The notes beneath the pieces are model-generated. The model did not search any database. It was not told where the DNA came from and saw only the letters and a list, made by a program, of their open reading frames with translations. From NCBI GenBank assembly GCA_963790205.1, contig CAWBNQ010000008.1, positions 1 through 64,000 on the forward strand: a stretch of DNA of 64,000 nt, written 5' to 3'. The DNA comes from Nitrospirota bacterium. GTDB lineage: Bacteria; Nitrospirota; UBA9217. The position numbers and the translations under genes are program-made. This document shows, in pieces, positions 48,010 to 59,339 of the stretch (positions are counted from its first letter, which is position 1; the number at the start of each line of letters is the position of its first letter).

Positions 48010-49686
48010 ATGAAACAAACAGTAACCGAAATCCTGCTTCGGGCCCTCGCGCGGGCCAAAGAAAAAGGCGAACTGAAACTCGAAGCGCAGCCGTCCATTA
48101 CGCTCGACACCCCGCGGGACAAGGGCCACGGAGACCTCGCGACCACGCTCGCCCTGACCCTGGCCAAGCCGGAGTCCAAACCCCCGCGGCAGATAGCCGA
48201 GATCCTCGTCGGCAATATCGAAGACCGCGACGGGATCCTCGAAAAGACCGAGATCGCGGGACCGGGTTTTATCAACTTCAGCTTCAGGCAGGACCGCTGG
48301 AAGCAAACGCTCTTTGATATAGAGGCCGAGGGGTCGCGGTACGGCCTTGCGGACATCGGCAAAGGAGAGAAGGTGCTCGTCGAGTTCGTGAGCGCCAATC
48401 CCACGGGGCCCCTTCACGTGGGCCACGGCAGGGGAGCTGCGGTCGGCGACGCGCTCGCGAACCTGCTTGCGGCCGTCGGGTTCGACGTGACGCGCGAGTT
48501 CTACATCAACGACGCCGGGCGGCAGATAAAACTTCTCGGCGATTCGGTATTTGCACGTTATCAGCAAACATTGGGCAATACTGTCCAGTTCCCCGAGGAT
48601 GGCTACCATGGTGATTACATAAATGAGATCGCCCAAGGGCTCATAGGTAAATACGGAAACAAATTTTTAAACAAATCGTTGGACCAGTTAGAGATTAACG
48701 ATCGAAATGAGATTGTCTCCTATTGCACAGAAGTCATGCTTGCTGACATAAGAACAGATCTTGAAGCTTTTGGAGTGAAGTTCGACAACTGGTTTAGCGA
48801 GAAGACCCTGCTTTTTGACAATTCCATTCATCAGTCTTTGGCAGATTTGAAGGAAAGTAGAAATCTTTACGAGCAGGATGGCGCTCTTTGGCTTCGTTCT
48901 ACAATATTTGGAGATGATAAAGACCGCGTCATAAAGAAAAAAGACGGCAGTTATACGTATTTAGCATCAGACATTGCTTATCATCGCAACAAGTTGGCGC
49001 GCGGGTTCAAGACGCTCGTCAACATCTGGGGCGCCGACCACCATGGGTACATACCGCGGGTGCAGGCCGTGATCCAGGCTTTCGGCTATCCCAAGGATTC
49101 GCTGCATGTACTGCTCGTGCAGCTCGTGGCAATCCTCCGTCACGGCCAGCCGGTGCCCATGTCAAAACGGGCCGGTAACTTTGTGACGCTTCGGGATGTG
49201 GTCCAGGACGTGGGCGCAGATGCCGCGCGCTTTATATTTTTGACGCGCCGCTCCGACAGCCACCTGGACTTCGACCTCGACATAGCCAAGGAGCAGTCCC
49301 GGGAAAATCCGGTGTATTACGTCCAGTATGCCCACGCGAGGCTTGCGAGTCTGATGCGCGAAGCTGAATCGAGGGGCATCGCCGTGCCGGGGAAAGATAC
49401 CGTGAACGTATCGGTGCTCGACCTTGAGGACGAGCAGAACATCATCAAGGCGCTTGCGAAATATCCCGAGGTCGTCGAAGATGCGGCCCTGGCCTATGAG
49501 CCCCACCGGCTGACGTACTATCTGCAGGACCTGGCCGGCCTGCTGCATAACTACTATTTCAAGCACCGGGTGATCACCGAGGACGCGGCCAGGACGGCCG
49601 CCAAGCTCTTTCTCATGAAACAGGTGAAGACCGTCATCCGGAGCGCGCTTACAATATTGGGCGTGAACGCGCCGGAACGGATGTAG
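48010..49686 (+). CDS. argS: arginine--tRNA ligase
   Basis: AGPGFIN, EFVSANPTGPLHVGH (HIGH), DIAYH, GADHHGY, MSKRAG, YVQYAHAR, APERM. Confidence 0.97.
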   Translation: MKQTVTEILLRALARAKEKGELKLEAQPSITLDTPRDKGHGDLATTLALTLAKPESKPPRQIAEILVGNIEDRDGILEKTEIAGPGFINFSFRQDRWKQTLFDIEAEGSRYGLADIGKGEKVLVEFVSANPTGPLHVGHGRGAAVGDALANLLAAVGFDVTREFYINDAGRQIKLLGDSVFARYQQTLGNTVQFPEDGYHGDYINEIAQGLIGKYGNKFLNKSLDQLEINDRNEIVSYCTEVMLADIRTDLEAFGVKFDNWFSEKTLLFDNSIHQSLADLKESRNLYEQDGALWLRSTIFGDDKDRVIKKKDGSYTYLASDIAYHRNKLARGFKTLVNIWGADHHGYIPRVQAVIQAFGYPKDSLHVLLVQLVAILRHGQPVPMSKRAGNFVTLRDVVQDVGADAARFIFLTRRSDSHLDFDLDIAKEQSRENPVYYVQYAHARLASLMREAESRGIAVPGKDTVNVSVLDLEDEQNIIKALAKYPEVVEDAALAYEPHRLTYYLQDLAGLLHNYYFKHRVITEDAARTAAKLFLMKQVKTVIRSALTILGVNAPERM

Positions 49687-49816
49687 AATTGAGAACTGTA
49701 TATAATTAAGCCGCAAAGATGCGCAAGATGCACAAGAAAATATTATCGGGAATTGTTTCATTTTGCGGCTTTTGAGCTTTTTTGCGGCAGACTTGTTTTA
49801 CTGTTTTTGTTTTTAA

Positions 49817-50969
<1,153 letters not shown>

Positions 50970-51054
50970 TCCAAGAAGCATGAGGATTTCTGAAAAATCC
51001 CGCATCGTGCATCCTGTATCGTGTGTCGTATATATATTTTAAGGAGGTCACACA

Positions 51055-51393
51055 ATGTTTATCGCAACAGCATATGCTATGGGAGCGCCGGGCGGCGCGG
51101 CGGCGCAGGGTGGAGGCGGCGGCGCATCGGGTCTCATCATGATGGTCGTGATCTTCGCGATCTTCTACTTCATCCTCATCCGGCCTCAGCAGAAAAAAAT
51201 GAAGGAACACAAAAAGCTGGTGGAAGAGCTCAAAAAGGGCGACGAGATCGTCACCGCCGGCGGCATGTACGGCACGGTCGAGGGCCTGACCCCCGATACG
51301 CTGACCGTCAAGATTGCCGAGGGTACGAAGGTGAAGATAACCCGCAGCTCGGTTGCGGGCGTTGTTACGGAAAAAGGCCAGGTGAAAGAATAG
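51055..51393 (+). CDS. yajC: preprotein translocase subunit YajC
   Basis: FYFILIRPQQK, LKKGDEIVTAGG; between tgt and secD. Confidence 0.96.
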   Translation: MFIATAYAMGAPGGAAAQGGGGGASGLIMMVVIFAIFYFILIRPQQKKMKEHKKLVEELKKGDEIVTAGGMYGTVEGLTPDTLTVKIAEGTKVKITRSSVAGVVTEKGQVKE

Positions 51394-51489
51394 CAATATT
51401 ATGTTCACCACGAAGGCACTCAGACGCTCAGTTTTGCTTCGTGCCTTTGCGGATAAATAATGAAGATTTCAGCAGGAGGCGAATCGATT

Positions 51490-53064
51490 ATGAAAAAGAG
51501 CATCCAATGGAGAGTGGGGCTCATAGCACTCTCGGTCGTGGTAGCGCTGTTTTTGTTCCTGCCGTCCACCCCGCTTACGGCAAAATTGCCGGAGTGGTGG
51601 CACCAGAGCGTGCCCAGGATTTCGCTTGGGCTCGACTTGAGGGGCGGCAGCCATATTGTGATGCAGGTGGAGACCGACAAGGCGGTTGAGTCCTCGGTGG
51701 ACAATATCGTGGCGGACCTCCAGACCACGGCATCGCAGCAACAGCTTGCAGTGACCTTCACCAGAACGGGCCAGGACGTCACGGCAAAATTCGCAGAGCC
51801 GCTCGAAGAAAAGGCGGACAAGCTTGTCAAGGACACCTATGCAATACTGGATTCCAAGTCCAGTGCCCCGGGAGAGCTTGTGTACAGCCTCAAGCCCGCC
51901 GAGGTCAGACGGATCAAGGAATGGGCCGTGCAGCAGGCGCTCGAACGGACCCGGCGGAGGGTGGACAAGTACGGCGTCGCCGAACCGGCCATCTACAAGC
52001 AGGCGCAGGACCAGATCGCGCTCCAGCTGCCCGGCGTAAAGAACCCGCAGGAGGCCATCGCGTTCATCGAGACCGCGGGACGGCTCGAGTTCAAGCTCGT
52101 TGACACCGATCCCGGCGACTTCCAGAAGGCCACTGCCGGCAAGGCGCCGGCGGGCACCGAGCTCCTCTACGAAGAGCGCGAAGACGAGATGGGCAAGATC
52201 GCAAAACAGCCGGTGTTGGTGTACAGCAAAACACTTCTGACCGGAGACCGCCTGAAGGACGCAAAAGTGGGGATAGACCAGTACAATAAACCCGATGTAA
52301 ACATCTCGTTCGACGGCGAGGGCGCCAAGATATTCGACCGGATCACCGCGGAGAACGTGGGCAAACAGCTCGCCATCATCCTCGACGGGACGGTCCATTC
52401 AGCCCCGAGGATCCAGGACCGGATCAGCGGCGGCAATGCCGAGATCACCGGCAACTTTACGCACGACGAGGCGGCGAAGCTTGCGATCGTGCTGCGTGAA
52501 TCGCTCCCGGCGCCCGTCAAGATCATTCAGAACATAACCGTAGGTCCGTCGCTCGGCCAGGACTCCATCAACGCGGGTGTCCATTCCGCGTTGATCGGCG
52601 GCCTGATCGTGATCATCTTCATGGTCATTTACTACCGGTTGTCCGGACTCATCGCGGACTACGCCATCGTTGTGAACCTCATTCTGCTGCTTGGGGCCAT
52701 GGCGCTTCTGAACGCCACGCTCACCCTGCCGGGCATCGCGGGCATCATTCTCACCATCGGTATGGGCGTCGACTCGAACGTGCTCATGTTCGAGCGCATC
52801 CGCGAAGAGATCCGCGCGGGCAAGCAGCCGCGGCCCGCGGTGGACGCGGGCTACGACAAGGCGTTCCTTACGATCCTCGATTCGCACGTGACGACGCTTA
52901 TTACGGCCGCCGTGCTCTTCATGTTCGGTACGGGACCGATCAAGGGTTTTGCCGTTTCGCTCAGCCTGGGCATCATCATCAACCTGTATTCCGCCCTGGT
53001 CGGTACCAAGGTGATATTCGATATCATCAACTCAAAATGGAAACTGGAGAAATTGAGTATCTAA
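51490..53064 (+). CDS. secD: protein translocase subunit SecD
   Basis: LGLDLRGG, GVAEP, QLPG, LAIILD, VGPSLG, TLTLPGIAG, DSNVL..ERIREE. Confidence 0.96.
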   Translation: MKKSIQWRVGLIALSVVVALFLFLPSTPLTAKLPEWWHQSVPRISLGLDLRGGSHIVMQVETDKAVESSVDNIVADLQTTASQQQLAVTFTRTGQDVTAKFAEPLEEKADKLVKDTYAILDSKSSAPGELVYSLKPAEVRRIKEWAVQQALERTRRRVDKYGVAEPAIYKQAQDQIALQLPGVKNPQEAIAFIETAGRLEFKLVDTDPGDFQKATAGKAPAGTELLYEEREDEMGKIAKQPVLVYSKTLLTGDRLKDAKVGIDQYNKPDVNISFDGEGAKIFDRITAENVGKQLAIILDGTVHSAPRIQDRISGGNAEITGNFTHDEAAKLAIVLRESLPAPVKIIQNITVGPSLGQDSINAGVHSALIGGLIVIIFMVIYYRLSGLIADYAIVVNLILLLGAMALLNATLTLPGIAGIILTIGMGVDSNVLMFERIREEIRAGKQPRPAVDAGYDKAFLTILDSHVTTLITAAVLFMFGTGPIKGFAVSLSLGIIINLYSALVGTKVIFDIINSKWKLEKLSI

Positions 53065-53169
53065 ATACTTTTCACCACAGAGGACACAGAAAAAAATCCG
53101 GCTTAGCATTCAAGCTTCAAGATTTAACTCTGCGACCTGTGGTTAATGCGTGTTCTTTCGGAGGGGAAA

Positions 53170-54078
53170 ATGCTGCAAATATTGCATAAGACCAACATCG
53201 ATTTTATGGGGTGGAAGAACGTGTCCTTTACCTTCTCCGCCCTGCTTGTCATCCTCGGCATCGTGGGCCTGGTGCAGATCGGGCGGGGCAAGGCGAACCT
53301 CGGCATCGATTTCATCGGCGGCACCACGGTGCAGCTCAGCTTCAAGGAGCACATATCCGTCGACCAGGCACGAGCGGCGCTCGAGAAAAACGGTTTTCAG
53401 GGCGCCACGATCCAGGAAGTAGGCGAGGGCGGGAACAAGATCCTGATCAAAGTCCGGGAGTCGGAAGGCACATCCGATAAGATCCAGTCTTTGTTCAAGC
53501 AGGAGTTCCCGACCAATCCCTTCGAAGTGATCAGCATCACGGAAATCGGACCCGTGATCGGCCAGGCGCTCAAGCAGCAGTCTCTCTGGGCCATTACGAT
53601 CTCGATTATAGGGATCATCATCTATGTCGCTTTTCGGTTCCAGTTCAAGTTCGGCGTGGCCGCGGCCATCGCCACGATGCACGATATTTTGGCTGTGCTC
53701 GGCGTCTTCTACATTCTGCACAAGGAAATCAATCTCCTCGTCGTCACGGCGCTCCTGACACTCGCGGGCTACTCGCTCACCGACACCGTTGTGGTCTTCG
53801 ACCGGATCCGGGAGAACCTCAAACGCAGCAAGCGCGATGCCCTGCCCACGCTGGTGAACGCCAGCATCAACGAGGTGCTCTCGCGGACCATCATCACCTC
53901 GCTTACCGTGGTGCTTGTGCTCGTCCCCCTCGTGATCTTCGGCGGTGAAGTGCTGCACGATTTCTCGCTGGCGCTCCTGATGGGAGTGGTCGTCGGTACC
54001 TATTCCTCGGTCTTTGTGGCAAGCCCCATTCTGGTGGTATGGCATGCAAAATCCGGCGGCAGGCTGATCGGGAAATAA
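53170..54078 (+). CDS. secF: protein translocase subunit SecF
   Basis: GIDFIGG, IGP..G, HD, GYSLTDTVVVFDRIRE, RTIITS, GTYSS. Confidence 0.96.
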   Translation: MLQILHKTNIDFMGWKNVSFTFSALLVILGIVGLVQIGRGKANLGIDFIGGTTVQLSFKEHISVDQARAALEKNGFQGATIQEVGEGGNKILIKVRESEGTSDKIQSLFKQEFPTNPFEVISITEIGPVIGQALKQQSLWAITISIIGIIIYVAFRFQFKFGVAAAIATMHDILAVLGVFYILHKEINLLVVTALLTLAGYSLTDTVVVFDRIRENLKRSKRDALPTLVNASINEVLSRTIITSLTVVLVLVPLVIFGGEVLHDFSLALLMGVVVGTYSSVFVASPILVVWHAKSGGRLIGK

Positions 54079-54095
54079 AAGGAGAAAATCCATTT

Positions 54096-54151
54096 TTTAC
54101 CGCAGAGGACGCAGAGTCAGGGATCCAGGATTTGGCGCTCTCTGCGGTAAA
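54096..54151. repeat. ACC(G/A)CAGAG-type intergenic palindrome
   Basis: Perfect 12-bp inverted repeat TTTACCGCAGAG/CTCTGCGGTAAA; related copy at 53074-53143. Confidence 0.7.
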
Positions 54152-54191
54152 TTCTATTCTTCAATGATTCTGTCCCGTTTTTTAACCGAGA

Positions 54192-54878
54192 ATGTCCAAC
54201 CAATCACGATCATCCCTTAAGGTCGGCGGCGTCGATGCCGCGGTGCTGTCGGAATCCGACCTGCTGCAGCTTGCCTGCGGCAGCGCGGGTTGCAGCGCCA
54301 ACTGCTGCACGAAAAGCGCCCCGATCATCCTCAATCCCTACGAGATCGCGCTCATCTGCCATGAGAGCGGCATGAGCTACGAAGACCTGCTCGATATCGT
54401 TGAAACGGGCCGGGCGAAGGCCTTCCCGCTTGTGATGCTCCCGCGCGATCCCGCCTGTTATTTCTGGAGCGCGCGTGGCTGCAGCATTTATCAAGCCAGG
54501 CCCCTCGCATGCAGGCTGTACCCGCTCGGCAGGGTGTTCGACCACGGGCAATCGCATATCGTTCAACCCGAACTGAATGTCTGCGCCGGCCTTGCTCCAG
54601 CACCGGCAGGGACCGTCGCTGATTACCTCGCAGGCCAGGACGTAGACCTGCAGATCCGCATGGCTGACCGCTGGATCGAATTCGTGTCCGACATCGAGCA
54701 ACTGCCGCTGCCTGACGCTCCGGTCACCTCGATAGCCTTCCATATGCTCGTGTACAGCCCCGACACTCCGCCCGCCCTGGGGCAGACCGGTTCGGGGTTA
54801 TCTTCCGAAGACAGCTTCATTTTGCGGCTAATAACTGCCGGGGAACAGCTGCCCCGGTTACTGGCGCAGACCAGATGA
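54192..54878 (+). CDS. YkgJ-family cysteine-cluster (CxxCxxCC) protein
   Basis: C....C..NCC, C.F.....C.IY..RP..CR.YP, C.GL. Confidence 0.85.
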   Translation: MSNQSRSSLKVGGVDAAVLSESDLLQLACGSAGCSANCCTKSAPIILNPYEIALICHESGMSYEDLLDIVETGRAKAFPLVMLPRDPACYFWSARGCSIYQARPLACRLYPLGRVFDHGQSHIVQPELNVCAGLAPAPAGTVADYLAGQDVDLQIRMADRWIEFVSDIEQLPLPDAPVTSIAFHMLVYSPDTPPALGQTGSGLSSEDSFILRLITAGEQLPRLLAQTR

Positions 54879-54974
54879 TATATTTGTTGTCTGCCCACAG
54901 GAAGGTATCGCCAGCCGGCCGGAGTATCGGAAAGTCGTAATGGACATCGGGCCCCTGTTCAGGAGGAACCTACG

Positions 54975-55610
54975 GAGACTGTTGACGTCTTAAACTGCCG
55001 GGGAAGAAAAACCGGTGAAACGATAGTGCGCGACGAGGCGCACCGCGCCGGCACGTGGCATGGAGCGTTCCATTGTCTTATCATTTACGAGCGCGACGGC
55101 AGGGGACACGCGCTGTTTCAGAAGCGGTCCGCTCTGAAGGAAATCGCTCCCGGCAAGTTCGACGTGAGCGTGGGCGGGCACTACGGCGCGGGAGAAAACG
55201 CAGCTGCGGCGGGACCCCGGGAGATCAAGGAAGAGCTCGGTCTGGACGTCACGTTCGACGATCTCCTTCCCGTCGGCCGCAGGGTCTTCGTGTACTGTTT
55301 CACTCCCGGCGTGATGGAGTACGAGTTCCAGGACGTGTTTCTCCTGCCCGGGGATATCCGGCTTCAAGAGACCACTCTCCAGGAAGAAGAGGTTGACGGG
55401 CTGTTCGAGATGGATATCGAGCTCGGCATCAAGCTCTTCAGCAGGGAAATTCCGCAGGCGGGAGGATGGTTTTACAAAAGCGGGGCCCAGGCCGGGCGGG
55501 TAGAGGTCTCCGTAGAAGAGTTTGTGCCCTGTCTCGACAATTACTATCTCAAGCTGCTCCTGCTTTCACAGCGCTACTTCGGCGGCGAGCGACGGCGCCT
55601 TGTCATCTGA
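54975..55610 (+). CDS. Nudix hydrolase (IPP isomerase-like); start uncertain
   Basis: In-frame ETVDVLN..G.KTG....R..H..G.WH, QKRS..K, GGH..AGE......REIKEELG. Similarity begins upstream of the first in-frame GTG (55026). Confidence 0.8.
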   Translation, partial: ETVDVLNCRGRKTGETIVRDEAHRAGTWHGAFHCLIIYERDGRGHALFQKRSALKEIAPGKFDVSVGGHYGAGENAAAAGPREIKEELGLDVTFDDLLPVGRRVFVYCFTPGVMEYEFQDVFLLPGDIRLQETTLQEEEVDGLFEMDIELGIKLFSREIPQAGGWFYKSGAQAGRVEVSVEEFVPCLDNYYLKLLLLSQRYFGGERRRLVI

Positions 55611-55787
55611 CCTGCCCTCTTATAATCTTTCTTGACTATTCATGTCGTTCCGATACAATATGATGACACGCCTGCATCCGTTTACGGCATCGAAGCCACG
55701 CTGGCCCCGGCTTCTTCCGGCGCATTTCATCGTACAAAAAGCTGTGAAAGCGGGCTTCAATACGTTCATCATAAGGAGGTATGTATC

Positions 55788-56186
55788 ATGACGAAAGTTC
55801 TGTTCGGGTTCGCGGCGGTTGTCATTGCAGGGCTGGTTCTTTTCGGATGTTCGAAGGGATATGAAAAGAAAACAGTCGCAGGCGACCTGACTATCACGCT
55901 CTCAATAGACCGCTATCCGCTTGTGAAAGGAGACAACATGCTGAGCGTACAGGCGGCCGATGCGTCCGGCAAGCCGGTGACCGATGCCGCGGTGAGCGTA
56001 CGCTACTTCATGCCGGTCATGCCGGGCATGGCGCCCATGGACTTCAATACCCAGGCAGTGCTCACGGGAGACCACTACGCGTTCTCCGCCAATGTGCCCA
56101 TGGAAGGCGGATGGAAGGCAGAGGTATCCGTAGCGCGTCCGGGCAAGCCCGCTGCAACGGCGACGTTCAATATCGACGCGCGGTAG
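55788..56186 (+). CDS. YtkA/FixH-family lipoprotein (Met-rich, putative metal chaperone)
   Basis: AAGGAGG RBS; lipobox LFGC; PVTDA.V, MPVMPGMAPM, PMEGGW. Confidence 0.8.
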   Translation: MTKVLFGFAAVVIAGLVLFGCSKGYEKKTVAGDLTITLSIDRYPLVKGDNMLSVQAADASGKPVTDAAVSVRYFMPVMPGMAPMDFNTQAVLTGDHYAFSANVPMEGGWKAEVSVARPGKPAATATFNIDAR

Positions 56187-56329
56187 TGAAAGACAAATTC
56201 GAAATTTTAATATCGAAATCTTCAATAAATTCAAATTTCAAGCCGAACAAAAAAGCAGTAACAATTTTAATATCGACATTGTTTCGGTTTTAGGGTTTAG
56301 AGATTCGAATTTACCGTATAAATTACAGC

Positions 56330-57433
56330 ATGGATAAATTCCCCTTCTGGAAGTTCAAGGGCATTAAAGCAGTAGTGCTGGCGGGCCTGCTTGCGCTCAT
56401 TTCGCTCCTCCATTATCTGGCCTGGGGCGTGCAAGCAGGCATACTCCACGGCGTTCTCGGCCATCTCTATATCATACCGATCATCCTCGGGGCCTATTGG
56501 TATGGCATCAAGGGCGGCGTGATCGTTTCCATTGCCTCGATGGTCCTCTTCTCGCCCCATTTATTTCATCACTGGCACGACCCTTTCCTGGATGTTTACA
56601 ACTATATTGAGCTGTTCCTCTTTCTTCTGATCGGCGGTGTGACCGGCGTGCTGAGCCAGATGGAGCGCCACCAGCGCGGGCGCTACGAAGAGGCGCTCAA
56701 ACGGCTCGATGAATCGCACCGGAAGCTCATGGAACAGACGAACATCCTGTTCCAGACCGAGGAACAGCTCCGGAGAGCGGACCGTTTGTCGGCCTTGGGC
56801 GAGCTGTCGGCAGGCATGGCGCACGAGATACGGAATCCGCTCGGCTCGATCAAGGGCGCCGTGGAGATCCTGAAGGACGATTACACTCCTGACGATGCGA
56901 AGTACGAATTCATCGGGATACTTCTCAAGGAAACGGACCGGCTGAACCGTATCGTACAGGAGTTCCTCGGTTTCTCCAGGCCCAAGCAGCCGGAGTTCCG
57001 CCAGGCGGACCTGAATGAGGCCATCGAGTCCGTGCTCACGCTCACCGCACAGGAGGCCCGCAAAGCAGGGGTGGAGGTCGACAAAAAACTCGACCCGTCC
57101 ATCGGCAAGCGCAGCCTCGATGCAAGCATGCTGAAGCAGGCGTTTTTGAATCTCATTCTGAACGCGATCCAAGCCATGCCAAACGGCGGCGTGCTCACCG
57201 TTGAGAGCAGCCTCCGGAGCGATGCCCTCGAGGTGCGGATCGCGGACACGGGCGTCGGGATATCGGAAGGAGATCGCAAGAAGCTTTTCAGCCCTTTTTT
57301 TACGACCAAGAAGAACGGCACCGGTCTCGGTCTCGCCATTACCTACCGGATCATTGAGAACCATCGCGGCAAAATTGATGTTACGAGCGAGCAGGGCAAG
57401 GGCGCGATGTTCACGGTGAAGATACCGTTGTAA
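56330..57433 (+). CDS. membrane sensor histidine kinase (His-rich TM sensor)
   Basis: AHEIRNPL, NLILNAIQAM, DTGVG, FFTTK, GTGLGL; four TM helices with several His. Confidence 0.94.
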   Translation: MDKFPFWKFKGIKAVVLAGLLALISLLHYLAWGVQAGILHGVLGHLYIIPIILGAYWYGIKGGVIVSIASMVLFSPHLFHHWHDPFLDVYNYIELFLFLLIGGVTGVLSQMERHQRGRYEEALKRLDESHRKLMEQTNILFQTEEQLRRADRLSALGELSAGMAHEIRNPLGSIKGAVEILKDDYTPDDAKYEFIGILLKETDRLNRIVQEFLGFSRPKQPEFRQADLNEAIESVLTLTAQEARKAGVEVDKKLDPSIGKRSLDASMLKQAFLNLILNAIQAMPNGGVLTVESSLRSDALEVRIADTGVGISEGDRKKLFSPFFTTKKNGTGLGLAITYRIIENHRGKIDVTSEQGKGAMFTVKIPL

Positions 57434-57436
57434 TTT

Positions 57437-57565
57437 AAAGCACCAAATGACAAGCACGAAATAACAAATAAGCGCCAATTATCAAAAACCAAATTTCAAA
57501 CGTCTGGAATTTGATGGTTGAATCTTGGAATTTATTTGGGATCTGTTGTTTGTGATTTGAATTTT
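57437..57565. repeat. AT-rich intergenic palindrome with ~7-nt periodicity
   Basis: Close homologue of 33537-33665. Confidence 0.75.
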
Positions 57566-57576
57566 TTCTCTTTTTT

Positions 57577-58929
57577 ATGAAGAAACCCTCTATCCTCCTC
57601 ATAGACGACGACGACAGCCTGCGCCGGGTCATGGAGTTCAGCCTGGTCGAGTCGGGGTACCGGGTCCAGGCGGCGGCAAGCGGCGAGGACGGGCTGCGCC
57701 TTCTCGAAAAGGAGGCCTTCGACGCGGTGATCACGGACATCACCATGCCCGGCATGAGCGGCATGGAGGTCCTTGCCAGGGTCTATGAGCGCGATGAACG
57801 GATACCCGTGGTCGTCATCACGGCCTATGGCACGATCGAGAGCGCCGTCCTTGCCATGAAGAAGGGCGCCTTCGACTACATTACCAAGCCTTTTAACCGA
57901 GACGAGCTCCGGCTTACGCTTGACAAGGCGCTCAGGATGCGGCGGCTGGAGAAAGAAAATGTCGAGCTGCGCGCCGAGGTCACGGACCGGTATTGTTTTG
58001 AGAGCATCATCGGCGTCAGCGAAAAGATCAAGGACCTCCTGGCTTTGGCGGGACGGGTCGCCGCGAGCAACGCGAGCGTTTTGATCACCGGGGAAAGCGG
58101 CACGGGCAAGGAACTTCTTGCAAAAGGCATCCATTACAACAGTCCCCGCGCGGAAGGTCCCTTTGTCGCCGTGAACTGCGCGGCGATCCCCGAGAACCTG
58201 ATCGAGAGCGAGCTCTTCGGACATGTAAAGGGCGCCTTCACCGGGGCGGTGAAGGACCGCGAGGGAAAGTTCGAGTCCGCTGCAGGCGGCACGCTCTTCC
58301 TCGATGAGATCGGCGATCTCCGGATGGACCTCCAGGCCAAGATCCTGCGCGCGCTCCAGGAGCGGCAGGTGGACCGCGTGGGCGGCAATCGTCCGATCGA
58401 CCTGGACGTGCGCGTGATCGCCGCCACGAATAAAGATGTCGAACGGGCGGTCAAAGACGGGGGCTTTCGCGAGGACCTCTATTACCGGCTGAGCGTGGTC
58501 ACCCTTCACATGCCCCCGCTCCGTGAGCGGCGCGACGATATTCCCCTGCTGGCAAGTCACTTTCTCAAAAAATACAATCCGGGCACGGAGCTGCGGTTCG
58601 ACGCCGGGGCGCTTTCGGCGATGAAGGCCTACGGCTGGCCGGGGAACGTGCGTGAACTCGAGAACGTCATTGAGCGTGCGTCGGTGCTTAAGCGGGGAGA
58701 CGTCGTAACCCCTGCCGATCTGCCTGATAAGCTGAAGAAGGAAAAAGCGGAGGTCGAAAACATCATCCTGAATCTTCCGGACGAGGGGATCAAGCTCGAA
58801 GACCTGGAAAAGAGCCTTATCATCAAGGCGCTCGAAAAACACAGGGGCAACCAGACCCGGGCTGCGGAATATCTCGGGATCACGCGTCCCACGCTCATCT
58901 ATCGTATGGAGAAGTACGGGATCAAGTAG
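57577..58929 (+). CDS. sigma54-dependent response regulator (NtrC family)
   Basis: REC, GESGTGKE, GAFTGA, FLDEIG, DLYYRL, WPGNVREL, Fis-type HTH. Confidence 0.96.
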   Translation: MKKPSILLIDDDDSLRRVMEFSLVESGYRVQAAASGEDGLRLLEKEAFDAVITDITMPGMSGMEVLARVYERDERIPVVVITAYGTIESAVLAMKKGAFDYITKPFNRDELRLTLDKALRMRRLEKENVELRAEVTDRYCFESIIGVSEKIKDLLALAGRVAASNASVLITGESGTGKELLAKGIHYNSPRAEGPFVAVNCAAIPENLIESELFGHVKGAFTGAVKDREGKFESAAGGTLFLDEIGDLRMDLQAKILRALQERQVDRVGGNRPIDLDVRVIAATNKDVERAVKDGGFREDLYYRLSVVTLHMPPLRERRDDIPLLASHFLKKYNPGTELRFDAGALSAMKAYGWPGNVRELENVIERASVLKRGDVVTPADLPDKLKKEKAEVENIILNLPDEGIKLEDLEKSLIIKALEKHRGNQTRAAEYLGITRPTLIYRMEKYGIK

Positions 58930-59035
58930 ATGATACAGGATACAGGAAAAAACTTTATTTGATCGCGGCAATGATGTATCATGAATCATGTCTCGTGCAT
59001 CATGAAGCATACCACTACACCCAAGGAGGAATATC

Positions 59036-59242
59036 ATGGTAAAGAAAACGCTCAAGATTCAGGGAATGACCTGCAACCACTGCGTGATGCGGGTGGCGAA
59101 GGCCCTGAAGGCGGTACCGGGGGTCCAGGACGCGCAGGTTGACCTGCAGAAGGCCGAGGCGGTCGTCACCTATGACGAAGGAAAGGTCGCACAGGATAAG
59201 CTGGGTTTCGCCGTGGTTGAGGCGGGCTATAAGGTGGTTTAA
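59036..59242 (+). CDS. copZ: heavy-metal (copper) chaperone
   Basis: 68-aa HMA domain GMTCNHC ... EAGY. Confidence 0.88.
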   Translation: MVKKTLKIQGMTCNHCVMRVAKALKAVPGVQDAQVDLQKAEAVVTYDEGKVAQDKLGFAVVEAGYKVV

Positions 59243-59259
59243 CGGTTTTTTCCTCTTGC

Positions 59260-59288
59260 TTGACAACGGATGGGCCTCTCAGTATAAT
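59260..59288 (+). promoter_or_regulatory. consensus sigma70 promoter of the aldolase gene
   Basis: TTGACA-17 nt-TATAAT. Confidence 0.75.
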
Positions 59289-59339
59289 TCAACGTGTTGG
59301 AGATACGCTTGACGTAAATAAAAAACACCGGAGGGTCCA

